Source of the DNA: a virus
Strand: one strand, 5' to 3'
DNA length: 14,725 nt
UHGV virus genome: UHGV-1738303
Shown: piece by piece, positions 1 to 8,709 of the stretch
How the letters are laid out: every line of letters begins with the position of its first letter
Numbering within the stretch: the stretch's first letter is position 1
The notes under the pieces: generated by a model
Databases searched by the model: none
What the model was told of the DNA's origin: nothing
The model's input: only the letters and a program-made list of their open reading frames with translations
Program-made: the position numbers and the translations under genes

Positions 1-420
1 CACTTTGGTTTTGTCTACCTAGTGTACTGCAAAAAGACTGGACAGTACTATTTGGGTAAGAAACAGCTTAACAGTGTGACCAAAAGAAAAGTTGCTGGGA
101 AGACTCGGAAGAAGGTAGTCACTAAGGAAAGTGATTGGATGACTTATGAGACTTCTTCCGAGTATATTAAAAAAGATATTGAGAGCTTTGGAAAAGAATT
201 TTTTGACTTTTACATTATTCAGACCTACTACACAAAAGGTGGCCTAGTCTATGGTGAAGCAAACCTTCAACATAAATTCGATGTAATGACAAAAAGGATT
301 GAATCGAAGCTCAGACTCTTCTACAATGCCAATATTGCAGCAATTAAGTTTATTACTAAAGAAACTTATGAAGATGCTGAAAAAAGAATCCATAAGGTAA
401 TGAAAGCAAATTGTGCTTGA
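1..420 (+). CDS. Hypothetical protein, 5' end probably outside the window; possible degenerate GIY-YIG-like N-terminus
   Basis: Frame 1 is open from base 1 to the TGA at 418-420; the GTG at 22 is the only in-window start candidate. The first residues GFVYLVYCKKTGQYYLGKK resemble the GIY...YIG spacing of GIY-YIG nucleases, but the downstream Arg/His/Glu catalytic residues are not recognisable. Confidence 0.45.
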   Translation, partial: HFGFVYLVYCKKTGQYYLGKKQLNSVTKRKVAGKTRKKVVTKESDWMTYETSSEYIKKDIESFGKEFFDFYIIQTYYTKGGLVYGEANLQHKFDVMTKRIESKLRLFYNANIAAIKFITKETYEDAEKRIHKVMKANCA

Positions 421-441
421 TAACTATTGAGAGAGAATAAA

Positions 442-690
442 ATGTTTAACAAAAGCAAAGCTGTGAGTCATGTAGCAAAAGTTGACAGTAAGATTGAAGA
501 ACTTGAGCGCATTCTTGCAAATGCTAGAGAATCAATAATTAAAGAAGTTGAAGCTGTTGAATCACAAATGCAGCACCTAATGCTTAAACGCCAAGAGCTA
601 CGTGAGCATCTAGAATATATTGAAACACGAGAGCTAAAGGTTAACAGATATTTTAAGGAGTCCAAATGTTTAACTCAAGAGAATCAGTAA
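442..690 (+). CDS. Hypothetical small protein, predicted coiled coil
   Basis: ATG at 442 preceded by the purine-rich TGAGAGAGA motif 6 nt upstream; the ORF track TTG at 427 is rejected as start. Translation is rich in E/K/R/L with heptad-like periodicity (IEELERILANARESIIKEVEAVESQMQHLMLKRQELREHLEYIETRELK). Confidence 0.5.
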   Translation: MFNKSKAVSHVAKVDSKIEELERILANARESIIKEVEAVESQMQHLMLKRQELREHLEYIETRELKVNRYFKESKCLTQENQ

Positions 691-1421
691 AAAACTGGAA
701 TCTTCGTTGTGGAAACACTCAAAAACAACCTTACAGTAATGAGTATTGGGAATCTTTGAAATCTCAATCTCTGTGTATGCTTGAAGAAGCAAAAGAGCTT
801 GTAAAAGCAATTGAAGAGAAAGACCCCATTGAGACACTGGATGCTCAGGCAGATTTGCAATATGTTCTTGACGGTTTGATTTACCTGTCACAACATGACC
901 ATAACGGTGCTATGAAAGCTGTTTGCCATAATAATGACCTGAAATACACAGATGACTATGAAGAGGCTTTAAAACGTCTTGCAGACATTGAAAAGCGTAC
1001 TGGTCAAGAGTGTATTATCAGAATGTCAGTAGTTGATGGTAAAGAGTGGTATGCGATTGTCCGTGCAGCCGATGGGAAGATTATGAAGCAATCAAATCTC
1101 CCTAAAGTACAGCTTGGTGAATACATTGTAGAGCTTGAAAGCCAAGAACTTTTTGTGGTAGTATCTGAGACATGCGTTATCTGCAAAGGTATTGTAGGTA
1201 GCTTAAAGGATTTGGGTGTAGATGGTTTTGTAGAAGTTAATCCAATTACCTCTAAAGCAGATAAAGACTTCTGTAAAGAGAATGGACTATGGATTGCAGA
1301 TATTGTCTACTATGATGGTGAGCAGTTCCATGTAACCTCATACCCGAAACTGAATTATGATGCTAATAACCTGAAGTGCTGGTTAAAAGGGGTTGGTTAT
1401 AATGGATTCACAGAACATTAA
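666..1421 (+). CDS. Hypothetical protein with possible N-terminal MazG-like all-alpha NTP pyrophosphohydrolase motif
   Basis: Strong SD AAGGAG at 655-660, 5 nt before the ATG at 666; 251 codons. Segment LEEAKELVKAIEEKDPIETLDAQADLQYVLDGLIY matches the EExxE ... ExxxDxLxxVL pattern of MazG/dCTPase-type pyrophosphatases; the C-terminal half is unassigned. Confidence 0.6.
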   Translation: MFNSRESVKNWNLRCGNTQKQPYSNEYWESLKSQSLCMLEEAKELVKAIEEKDPIETLDAQADLQYVLDGLIYLSQHDHNGAMKAVCHNNDLKYTDDYEEALKRLADIEKRTGQECIIRMSVVDGKEWYAIVRAADGKIMKQSNLPKVQLGEYIVELESQELFVVVSETCVICKGIVGSLKDLGVDGFVEVNPITSKADKDFCKENGLWIADIVYYDGEQFHVTSYPKLNYDANNLKCWLKGVGYNGFTEH

Positions 1422-1725
1422 TAAAGAGGGTGTGGCTCAGAAGAGCCACTTCTCAAACTACAATATTTCTATGACGGTGTTTATGAATGACCCGTTACTT
1501 GAAAAGTATGGTGAGACTCCAGATACACTTCTGGACAATGAACAAGTTTTAAAAGCAGTCCTGTACAAATATGGGATTGATATTGAGAAAGAATATTCCT
1601 TTGAAATCTGCCAACACAGGAATACTTTCGGTAAAGTTGTGATGGCTCCACTCTTTATGGGTGTAGAAAGGACTGACTATAGTTGGTTATATCTAAAAAG
1701 AAACTTGGAGAAATACCGTGTCTAA
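1402..1725 (+). CDS. Hypothetical protein
   Basis: ORF in frame 1; ATG at 1402 preferred over 1393 because of the purine-rich AAAGGGG about 10 nt upstream and less overlap with the previous gene. Confidence 0.45.
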   Translation: MDSQNINKEGVAQKSHFSNYNISMTVFMNDPLLEKYGETPDTLLDNEQVLKAVLYKYGIDIEKEYSFEICQHRNTFGKVVMAPLFMGVERTDYSWLYLKRNLEKYRV

Positions 1726-2056
1726 AGCAAAAAAGCTATCTTATGATGATATTGTCTCAGGTGCTAAGTTAGGCGTTGACAGCCTCGGACAAGATGTTAA
1801 GCACGGGGACACAGTTATGTACTGTGATGACCGAAGAGGTAGAAGTGCAATCTTGTTTGGAAGAATTGTTTGCAAGATGCGAGGCAATTACGTTGTTGCA
1901 GACATGGATGTGAACGTTACACAAAAACTTGAAACACTTATGGATGATAATACATCATCATGGTTCTCCCTGAATTGTATGCACACTTCTTCAGTCACAA
2001 AAGTAAGTGATAAGTTTTACGATATGTGGCAGAATGAGCAAATTTTCAAGATTTAA
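1718..2056 (+). CDS. Hypothetical protein
   Basis: 112-codon ORF; GTG start at 1718 with GGAGAAA upstream (alternative ATG at 1748); followed immediately by a terminator hairpin. Confidence 0.45.
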   Translation: MSKAKKLSYDDIVSGAKLGVDSLGQDVKHGDTVMYCDDRRGRSAILFGRIVCKMRGNYVVADMDVNVTQKLETLMDDNTSSWFSLNCMHTSSVTKVSDKFYDMWQNEQIFKI

Positions 2057-2060
2057 ACTA

Positions 2061-2085
2061 GGGAGCCTCTTCGGAGGCTCTTTTC
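2061..2085 (+). terminator. Intrinsic terminator-like hairpin (UUCG tetraloop) upstream of nrdA
   Basis: GGAGCCTC (2062-2069) / ttcg loop / GAGGCTC (2074-2080), followed by TTTTC; lies between the stop at 2056 and the nrdA RBS. Confidence 0.6.
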
Positions 2086-2102
2086 ATCTGTAGGATTCAA
2101 AA

Positions 2103-4337
2103 ATGATTAAGACAATTAAAAAATCAAACGGTACAGTAGTAAGCTTTGACCCAGAAAGACTGAATAAGTGGGCATCATGGGCAGATAAACGTGGAATTAT
2201 CTGGTCAGAAGTCACTATGGAAGCTATGAAACGTGTCTATGAGGGTTGCACTACAAAAGAGATGCACCAAGCCATGATTGATGTTTGTGTTGATAAACAA
2301 ACTCAAGAGTACTCAGATATGGCTGGACGACTGCTTTTGGGTATTATCTACAAAGAAGCCTTTGGAGGCTTTACTAAGGTTCCTACGCTGATTACCTTCG
2401 TTAAAAATATGGAGAGAGCAGGACTTTGGGAGAAGATGGACTATTCACAGGAAGAGCTTGAATATCTGCAAGGTTACATCGTACACTCAAAAGATATCTC
2501 TTACGGCTATGCAGTATTGAAACAGTTTAGGGACAAGTATGGTATCCGTGATATTAAAACGGGAAGACTTTTTGAGTCACCACAATTTATGTTTATGGGT
2601 ATGGCTATGAAAGCCTTTGAGAAGCAACCAAAGCACCGTAGACTGCAAGATGTTATCAAGCTGTACACTTACCTATCTGACCTGAAGATTAACGCTCCTA
2701 CGCCTTATTTAAACGGTTTGAGGGCAACTAAATCAGGTTATGCGTCATGCTGCTTGATTAAGGCAAACGATACCGCTGAATCACTTGGTATTGCTGCAAA
2801 GGTTGCTTATGATATGACTACAAAGCAAGCTGGTATTGGGATGCTGATGGAAACTCGCACCATTGGTGATGGTATCCGTCAAAATACTATTGAGCATATG
2901 GGTAAACTGCCTTATTACAAGCTTGTACGTTCATCTGTAGAGGCAAACAAACAAAAGAGCCGTGGTGGTTCAGCTAACAACTTCTACACTGCTCTAGACC
3001 CGCAGATTGAAGATTTACTGCGTTTGAAGCACCCTACAACGGTTCCTTCGAAACGTATTAATGAGATGGACTACTCCTTTGGTACAAATGATTATTTCTG
3101 GCAGTGTGTTCAGTATGATACAGATTGGTTGCTATTCTCTTACAAAGATGCACCAAAACTCTATGACATGTTCTACACAGCATCTGCTGATGAGTTTGCT
3201 ATGGCAGTTGGTCACGCAGTACATTCAGGAGTTAAGCACAGACGAGTCAAGGCTCGTGAAATTGCTAAGCTGTTTATTCAACAGCGTTATGCTACAGGTC
3301 GTGTGTATCCATTCTTCACTAACAACGCAAACACACATACACCATTTAAAGAACCATTGAAGATGTCAAATCTTTGTATGGAAATTGTGTTGCCAGTGTA
3401 TGGTTTTGAGAAAGAGACAGACCTTTACAGAGACGATGCTGTGAAAGAGGATGGTGAGGTGGCTCTTTGCTTCCTAGCTAGTTTGGTTGCAGGGAGAATT
3501 TCAGAAGATGAATACGCTGACGTTGCTTATTATGCTCTTGCAATGGTTGACTCCGTTATTGACCTTATGGATTATCCGTATCCGTCGATGCGTAACCATG
3601 TTCAGAAGCGTCGTTCTGTTGGGATTGGCCTTACAAATGTGGCTCATTACCTTGCGAAGAACTACGTGAACTACTCTTCACGAGCAGGTAAAACGAAGCT
3701 TCATGAACTTGCAGAGATGCACTCTTACTATCTACATGAAGCCTCTCTGAGACTTGCTAAAGAGCGTGGAGTTCCAGAGTACATGAAGTTCACTAAGTAT
3801 CCTGAAGGCTGGGTTCCTCCAAAGACAGCCAACAAGAAGATTGATGAGAAGCATGATGCAAAACTACGATATGATTGGGATGACTTAGCACAACGTATCA
3901 AAGAAAATGGTGGAATCCGAAACTCTGTATTAGAAGCTTACATGCCTAATGAGAGTTCTTCACTAGCAACTAATACGACAAATGGCTTGTACCCAATTCG
4001 TGACTTTATTTTAACTAAAAAGTCTGCAACTGGTAACGTGTTGTTTATTGTTCCAGATTATGAAGAGTTGAAGTATGTATATGAAATTGCTTGGGGTATT
4101 GACACCTTTGACCTGATTGATTGTTATGCAATTGTTCAAAAGTTCACTGGTCAAGCTATCTCTTCAGATTTCTATGTTGACTACGCAAAAGCTAAGAAGG
4201 TATCATTGGCTCAAGCTTTGAAGTACATGATTTATGCCAACTCGGTAGGTATGAAAACCATGTACTACCTTAACAGTCGCATTGGTGTAGGTAAATCTGC
4301 ACTGCAAGATGCTTATTGCGAGGGCTGCGGTGTTTAG
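2103..4337 (+). CDS. nrdA: Ribonucleoside-diphosphate reductase large (alpha) subunit, class Ia
   Basis: 744 aa; N-terminal ATP-cone-like segment (IKTIKKSNGTVVSFDPERLNKWASW), active-site NLCMEIVLP (Cys-x-Glu), C-terminal redox-shuttle cysteines YCEGCGV; length and motif order typical of NrdA/NrdE. RBS AGGA 7 nt upstream. Confidence 0.93.
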   Translation: MIKTIKKSNGTVVSFDPERLNKWASWADKRGIIWSEVTMEAMKRVYEGCTTKEMHQAMIDVCVDKQTQEYSDMAGRLLLGIIYKEAFGGFTKVPTLITFVKNMERAGLWEKMDYSQEELEYLQGYIVHSKDISYGYAVLKQFRDKYGIRDIKTGRLFESPQFMFMGMAMKAFEKQPKHRRLQDVIKLYTYLSDLKINAPTPYLNGLRATKSGYASCCLIKANDTAESLGIAAKVAYDMTTKQAGIGMLMETRTIGDGIRQNTIEHMGKLPYYKLVRSSVEANKQKSRGGSANNFYTALDPQIEDLLRLKHPTTVPSKRINEMDYSFGTNDYFWQCVQYDTDWLLFSYKDAPKLYDMFYTASADEFAMAVGHAVHSGVKHRRVKAREIAKLFIQQRYATGRVYPFFTNNANTHTPFKEPLKMSNLCMEIVLPVYGFEKETDLYRDDAVKEDGEVALCFLASLVAGRISEDEYADVAYYALAMVDSVIDLMDYPYPSMRNHVQKRRSVGIGLTNVAHYLAKNYVNYSSRAGKTKLHELAEMHSYYLHEASLRLAKERGVPEYMKFTKYPEGWVPPKTANKKIDEKHDAKLRYDWDDLAQRIKENGGIRNSVLEAYMPNESSSLATNTTNGLYPIRDFILTKKSATGNVLFIVPDYEELKYVYEIAWGIDTFDLIDCYAIVQKFTGQAISSDFYVDYAKAKKVSLAQALKYMIYANSVGMKTMYYLNSRIGVGKSALQDAYCEGCGV

Positions 4338-4350
4338 TTTTAACAACTAT

Positions 4351-4370
4351 GAGGGTCGTAAAAGACCCTC
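4351..4370 (+). other. Perfect 7-bp inverted repeat (RNA hairpin) without U-tract, between nrdA stop and next ORF
   Basis: GAGGGTC (4351-4357) / gtaaaa / GACCCTC (4364-4370); followed by TAAAAATAAC rather than a T-run, so more likely an RNA processing or stability element than a terminator. Confidence 0.4.
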
Positions 4371-4392
4371 TAAAAATAACTTTGGAGAGAGT

Positions 4393-4650
4393 ATGAAGGA
4401 CTTAATAGCAAATCATGAGTGGCCAATTTATCTGCTCTACAAACCTCGGAAAACGTTGTACTATGTGAGCAGCACAGGTATCATGATAAAGCAGAATAAT
4501 GACTTATGGGTCACTGGAGCCTCTTACATCTCTACAGCAGATGGTAAAATCTATGCAAGACCTTATGAGATGTTTAACAAAGAAAATTGGGAAGTTTTAG
4601 ACAGAAAACAAGCCTTAGAAATGATAAAGAAAGGAGAAATCACGCTATGA
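4393..4650 (+). CDS. Hypothetical small protein between nrdA and nrdB
   Basis: ATG at 4393 with GGAGAGAG immediately upstream; the track ORF from 4309 is rejected because it overlaps the nrdA 3' end and the hairpin. 85 aa. Its stop overlaps the nrdB start (ATGA at 4647-4650). Confidence 0.5.
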   Translation: MKDLIANHEWPIYLLYKPRKTLYYVSSTGIMIKQNNDLWVTGASYISTADGKIYARPYEMFNKENWEVLDRKQALEMIKKGEITL

Positions 4651-5720
4651 TTAACCAGCACCCAATCTTTTTAGGTGGTGAGAGAAAAACTTTTGACTCA
4701 CTTAATAAGCACTACCCAAAAATCTTTGAGCTTTATAAACAACAAAAAGCACAAGATTGGTCAGAAGATGAGTTCCCTTTTGAACAATCACGTCTTGATT
4801 TTGAGAGTGTTCCAGCATCTATGTCAGGTGTAATGCTTGAGATTCTTAAGTGGCAGTGGGAAGCAGATACTCAAGTTGCTAAGAGCTTGGCATTTGCCTT
4901 TGCACCATTTATCTCTGATGACATCTATGCAACTGCAATTATGAAGCAGTCTGAGATTGAGAACCTTCATGCTTTGACTTACTCAGAGATTGTGAGGCAA
5001 TGTATTAAAAACCCTGAAACAATCTTAGATGAGATTAACCAGAATGTTGCTGTGCAAGACCGATTAAAAACTGTGAATCGTGTTCTTGAAGAATTACTGG
5101 ATGAAGGGATAAACTACCGACTGAGTTATGTCCGTGATTCACTTCTGGACAAAGACCCTTTACACTTCCATAAAGTGATTCTGAAAGGTCTATTTGCAGT
5201 GACTGCACTGGAAGGTATATCTTTTATGGCATCCTTTGCATGTACTTTTGCACTTGATGCTCAAGATAAATTTCAGGGTATTGCTCAAGCGGTACAGAAA
5301 ATTATGCTTGACGAAATCCTTCACACTAAAATTGATATTGAAGTTTTAAAAGAAACTTTAAGAGATGATGAGTGGCAGAAAGCTTTTCAACAAGTTCTTC
5401 CAGAGATTAAAGTAATCTTAGATGAAGTAGTTGAAAGTGAAGAGAAATGGTCGTATTATATCTTCTCCGAAGGACGTGCTGTAGTTGGCTTAAATACAAA
5501 GCTTCTTCATGAGTGGGTTTACTATAATGCTGCACCACTGTATGATATGTTTGGCATTCCCAGAGATTTTGTAGCTCCTAAAGAACCACCTTTGAAGTAC
5601 ATGATTAAGAAGATGGAAATTGATAAAGAGCAGAATGCTAATCAGGAGCAACAGAACGGTGCGTACCTATTGAATACTGTTGTAGATGATTTGAATAGTG
5701 GATTTTTAGAGGTTCCTTAA
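4647..5720 (+). CDS. nrdB: Ribonucleoside-diphosphate reductase small (beta) subunit, class Ia
   Basis: ATG at 4647 with AAGGAG 10 nt upstream (track start 4587 rejected). 357 aa; diiron/tyrosyl-radical signature SEIENLHALTYSE (Glu, His at +3, Tyr at +7) plus further acidic/His ligand positions in the ferritin-like fold. Confidence 0.92.
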   Translation: MINQHPIFLGGERKTFDSLNKHYPKIFELYKQQKAQDWSEDEFPFEQSRLDFESVPASMSGVMLEILKWQWEADTQVAKSLAFAFAPFISDDIYATAIMKQSEIENLHALTYSEIVRQCIKNPETILDEINQNVAVQDRLKTVNRVLEELLDEGINYRLSYVRDSLLDKDPLHFHKVILKGLFAVTALEGISFMASFACTFALDAQDKFQGIAQAVQKIMLDEILHTKIDIEVLKETLRDDEWQKAFQQVLPEIKVILDEVVESEEKWSYYIFSEGRAVVGLNTKLLHEWVYYNAAPLYDMFGIPRDFVAPKEPPLKYMIKKMEIDKEQNANQEQQNGAYLLNTVVDDLNSGFLEVP

Positions 5721-5962
5721 TGACTTATGTAATTTACTCCAAAACTGGATGCCCTCAGTGTGAGACTGCAAAGAATTTTGCAAAAGCTCGTGGTATTGAC
5801 CATGTTGTGAGAATGTTAGGGCAGGATTATGAACTGTCAGACCTGATGGATATTGCACAGATGCCAGTTCGTCAGATGCCATTCATCATGAAGACTGATG
5901 GTCAAAATCTAAAACCTGTTGGGACGCTACAGAATTTTATGGCAGAGGTGAATAATGCTTAA
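5720..5962 (+). CDS. Glutaredoxin-like redoxin (NrdC/NrdH-type) for the RNR
   Basis: 80 aa; N-terminal beta-strand followed by the CPQC active site (VIYSKTGCPQCETAK), thioredoxin-fold size; start overlaps the nrdB stop (TAATG). Confidence 0.8.
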   Translation: MTYVIYSKTGCPQCETAKNFAKARGIDHVVRMLGQDYELSDLMDIAQMPVRQMPFIMKTDGQNLKPVGTLQNFMAEVNNA

Positions 5963-6161
5963 ACGCCTTTGGGAAGGTTTGGTTGTTGATGCACCAGCCA
6001 TTGTGATTGGTATGCTTGTTGTTAACCTATTTACTGATTTTGAACAAGGTTCATTGTTTGGAGCCATGCTATTATGGGTTATCTTTGAAATATTAGAGAT
6101 ACAGCTAGGCATAACTGAAAAACTAAGAGAAATCTTTGCGAAGTTTTCTAAAAAGATTTAA
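5955..6161 (+). CDS. Hypothetical small membrane protein
   Basis: 68 aa with two hydrophobic segments (VVDAPAIVIGMLVVNLF, LFGAMLLWVIFEILEI); GAGGTG 5 nt upstream of the ATG; overlaps the redoxin stop by 8 nt. Confidence 0.45.
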   Translation: MLKRLWEGLVVDAPAIVIGMLVVNLFTDFEQGSLFGAMLLWVIFEILEIQLGITEKLREIFAKFSKKI

Positions 6162-6168
6162 AATGAAA

Positions 6169-6191
6169 GGGTCTCTTCGGAGACCTTTTTA
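6169..6191 (+). terminator. Intrinsic terminator hairpin (UUCG tetraloop) upstream of nrdD
   Basis: GGTCTC (6170-6175) / ttcg / GAGACC (6180-6185), followed by TTTTT (6186-6190). Confidence 0.65.
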
Positions 6192-6209
6192 GCATGTAAA
6201 GGGGCAATA

Positions 6210-8354
6210 ATGAACAAAGTACAGATTATTAAAAAGAATGGCTCACTTGAAGAACCTGATATCAAAAAAGTTTTAGCAGCAGTCACAAAGTCAGCTAACA
6301 GAGTTGGTTATAAAGAGCTTCCACCAGATGTTACTCAAGCTCTTGAGTCAGCATTCATGAGGATTTTGGTAAAGTCCACTAAGCAGAATAATTTGCTTAT
6401 CTCGGTAAATGATATTCACAGTATTGTTGAAGGTGCTTTGGCAGAAGTTAATCACGAGATTTATGAGTCTTACTCAACATACAGAAATTACCGTAAAGAG
6501 GTTGCTCAAAATTGGGATGAACTCTACCAGAAGACTAAAGATACACTCTTCTTAGGTGACCGTGAAAATGCTAACTTTGACAGCAGTTTAATTTCTACGA
6601 AAGGTTCAATTATCCGTGGTTACCTGACTAAAGAAATCTTTAAACAGTACCATTTAACACCAGAGGAACTTGAAGCCATTGAAAAAGGATTTATCTATAT
6701 CCATGATTTAAGAGACCTAATTTTTGGTGGTATCAACTGTTGCCTGTTTGACATTGGTAAAGTCCTGAAAGGTGGCTTTGAAATGTCTGGCATCGAATAT
6801 TGTGAACCAAAGTCTGTACTGTCGGCCTTACAGGTTATAGGTGACGTAGTTCTTTCAGCAACTGCACAGCAATTTGGTGGTTTTACTTTAGCAGAGATTG
6901 ATAAGGTACTTGTGCCGTATGCTAAGAAGTCTCTACGCTATCATGCTGAGAAAGCAGCATCTTATGGTATTCCTAAAGAACATTACCACAATTATGTCAT
7001 GGAGCAGCTACAGATTGAACTGACTCAAGGTTTCCAGTCACTTGAAATGAAACTAAACACTGTACCTTGTAGCCGTGGGGATTTTGCATTCACAACTTTG
7101 ACATTCGGGCTACTTGACTCAGATATGTCCAATGAAGATAACCGACTGCAATATATGATTGCAAGTACTCTCCTAGATGTTCGTATGAATGGACAAGGTA
7201 AGAGCAAGAAACCTGTTGTATTCCCTAAACTGGTTTATATTTATGACCAGAAGAGACATAATGAGAATATCTGTCAAGGCCACCTGTACAGTAAAGCTAT
7301 AGAGTGTTGCTCTAAAGCGATGTATCCAGATTTCTTAAGTGTATCTGGTCATGGTGCTGTAGCAGAGGCTTTTGAGCGTTCTGGCAAGGTTATTTCGCCG
7401 ATGGGTTGCCGAGCGTTCTTATCTCCGTATCTTAACGAGAATGGGGAAGAGTTCTACGTTGGTCGTGCTAACATTGGTGCTGTATCTTTGAACTTACCAA
7501 TGATTTACCAGTATTCTAAAGAGAATGGTTTAGATTTCTGGAAAGAGCTTGATAAGTACCTAGAGATGATTCGCAGTTTCCACAAGAAACGCTACGAAAT
7601 GATTGCTAATATGCCAGCAAGTTCTAACCCTCTTGCATTCACACAAGGTGGTCTGTACAAAGGGACTAAGAAACCTACTGACAAGGTTGGTTGGGATATC
7701 GTGAAGTCCTTCACAGCTTCTTTTGGGGTTACTGCTCTTGATGAACTGTCTGTTCTTGCTGAAGGTAAACGACTTCATGAAGTTGGAAGATATAGTTTTG
7801 CATACGATGTTCTGGAATACATCAACATGAAAACTGAAGAGTTTAAGAACGAAGATGGCTTCTTGTATGCGGTATATGGCACTCCAGCAGAATCACTTTG
7901 TGGAACTCAGTTAAAACAGTTCAGAGATATGTTTGGCGTTATTAAAGGTGTCTCTGACAAGGAATACTTTACAAACAGTTTCCATATGAATGTTGCAGCA
8001 GACATCTCACCATTTGAGAAGCAGGACTTAGAAGAGCCATTCTTCCATATCTGTAGAGGTGGCAGAATCCAGTATGTAAGGGTAGCTAACCCAGAAAACT
8101 TAACAGCACTTAAAAGTTGTATTACCAGAGGGATGTTGAAGGGTTTTTATCAGGGACTTAACTTTGACTTAGCAATCTGTGAACATTGTGGTAACAGACC
8201 AAAGGCTGATGTTGAAGAATGTGAGGTTTGCCATTCACATGATATCTCTGTGATTAACAGGGTGTGCGGGTATCTTGGGTGGACCAAGATTAAAGGTGAA
8301 TCCCGAATGAACGATGCAAAAATCGCTGAGATTCGTGATAGAGTCTCTATGTAA
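6210..8354 (+). CDS. nrdD: Anaerobic ribonucleoside-triphosphate reductase, class III
   Basis: 714 aa; N-terminal ATP-cone-like KVQIIKKNGSLEEPDIKKV; C-terminal Zn-ribbon cysteines CEHCGNRPKADVEECEVCHSH followed by the glycyl-radical motif RVCGYLGW. Continuous reading frame, no intron. Confidence 0.93.
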   Translation: MNKVQIIKKNGSLEEPDIKKVLAAVTKSANRVGYKELPPDVTQALESAFMRILVKSTKQNNLLISVNDIHSIVEGALAEVNHEIYESYSTYRNYRKEVAQNWDELYQKTKDTLFLGDRENANFDSSLISTKGSIIRGYLTKEIFKQYHLTPEELEAIEKGFIYIHDLRDLIFGGINCCLFDIGKVLKGGFEMSGIEYCEPKSVLSALQVIGDVVLSATAQQFGGFTLAEIDKVLVPYAKKSLRYHAEKAASYGIPKEHYHNYVMEQLQIELTQGFQSLEMKLNTVPCSRGDFAFTTLTFGLLDSDMSNEDNRLQYMIASTLLDVRMNGQGKSKKPVVFPKLVYIYDQKRHNENICQGHLYSKAIECCSKAMYPDFLSVSGHGAVAEAFERSGKVISPMGCRAFLSPYLNENGEEFYVGRANIGAVSLNLPMIYQYSKENGLDFWKELDKYLEMIRSFHKKRYEMIANMPASSNPLAFTQGGLYKGTKKPTDKVGWDIVKSFTASFGVTALDELSVLAEGKRLHEVGRYSFAYDVLEYINMKTEEFKNEDGFLYAVYGTPAESLCGTQLKQFRDMFGVIKGVSDKEYFTNSFHMNVAADISPFEKQDLEEPFFHICRGGRIQYVRVANPENLTALKSCITRGMLKGFYQGLNFDLAICEHCGNRPKADVEECEVCHSHDISVINRVCGYLGWTKIKGESRMNDAKIAEIRDRVSM

Positions 8355-8362
8355 AACTTGAC

Positions 8363-8402
8363 AAGGTGATGTGGGTCTTGATAGGCTTACATCACCTTTT
8401 TT
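8363..8402 (+). terminator. Intrinsic terminator hairpin after nrdD
   Basis: 10-bp stem AAGGTGATGT (8363-8372) / ACATCACCTT (8389-8398) with a 16-nt loop, followed by a T6 run. Confidence 0.6.
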
Positions 8403-8416
8403 ATTGGATGTTAGAT

Positions 8417-8530
8417 ATGGCAGAGAGTATTATTGGGTTGTTCATAGGTTCTGTCTTACTAGGGTTCTTTTTAGGACTCTCTTATTGTGAATTGAAAGGT
8501 AAGTTAAAATGTTTAAGATATCAAAAGCGT
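8417..8530 (+). CDS. Possible very small hydrophobic peptide (37 aa)
   Basis: ATG at 8417; translation MAESIIGLFIGSVLLGFFLGLSYCELKGKLKCLRYQKR is a single TM-like segment with a basic tail. Below the ORF-track size cutoff, no clear SD, overlaps the next ORF in another frame. Confidence 0.2.
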
Positions 8531-8709
8531 TGATATACATACTCCATATTCTAGTCTTCTTCTTTGGGGTTAGTGTTATGGTATGGGGTTTTTCAGACCC
8601 ACAATGGGGTTTCTCATATCATGGTCAGATGGATTTATGGTCATGCTTCAAGCCATTTTTAGGGTTAGTCATAGCATTCAGTGCATTGCCAACTAAGGTG
8701 AAATTATGA
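8509..8709 (+). CDS. Hypothetical small membrane protein
   Basis: 66 aa with two hydrophobic stretches (ALIYILHILVFFFGVSVMVWGF, FLGLVIAFSAL); GAAAGG upstream; its stop overlaps the next start (ATGA). Confidence 0.4.
   Translation: MFKISKALIYILHILVFFFGVSVMVWGFSDPQWGFSYHGQMDLWSCFKPFLGLVIAFSALPTKVKL

Noticed and set aside
3061-3669. Alternative-frame + strand ORFs inside nrdA (3061-3360, 3487-3669) and inside the NAMPT-like gene (12806-12988)
   Set aside because: They are embedded in genes whose own frame carries conserved catalytic motifs, and their translations are hydrophobic and low-complexity; treated as frame-shadow ORFs.
4309-4646. Upstream start codons offered by the ORF track (4309 for the small ORF, 4587 for nrdB; likewise 427, 1393 and 11413 elsewhere)
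   Set aside because: The extensions overlap the preceding gene or a hairpin and have no RBS, whereas a downstream ATG with a purine-rich SD at correct spacing gives a protein starting at the conserved N-terminus (for example MINQHPIFLGG for NrdB).
6210-8354. Possibility of a group I intron or intein in nrdD or nrdB, as in phage T4
   Set aside because: Both reading frames are continuous and of normal length, and the conserved motifs appear in the expected order without interruption.
8358-8386. Perfect TTGACA hexamer at 8358-8363 as a sigma70 -35 element
   Set aside because: No acceptable -10 (TATAAT-like) hexamer at 16-18 bp spacing; the hexamer sits at the base of the nrdD terminator stem, so it is most likely coincidental. 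No convincing T4-type late (TATAAATA) or middle (MotA box) promoter was found by eye in the short intergenic spacers.
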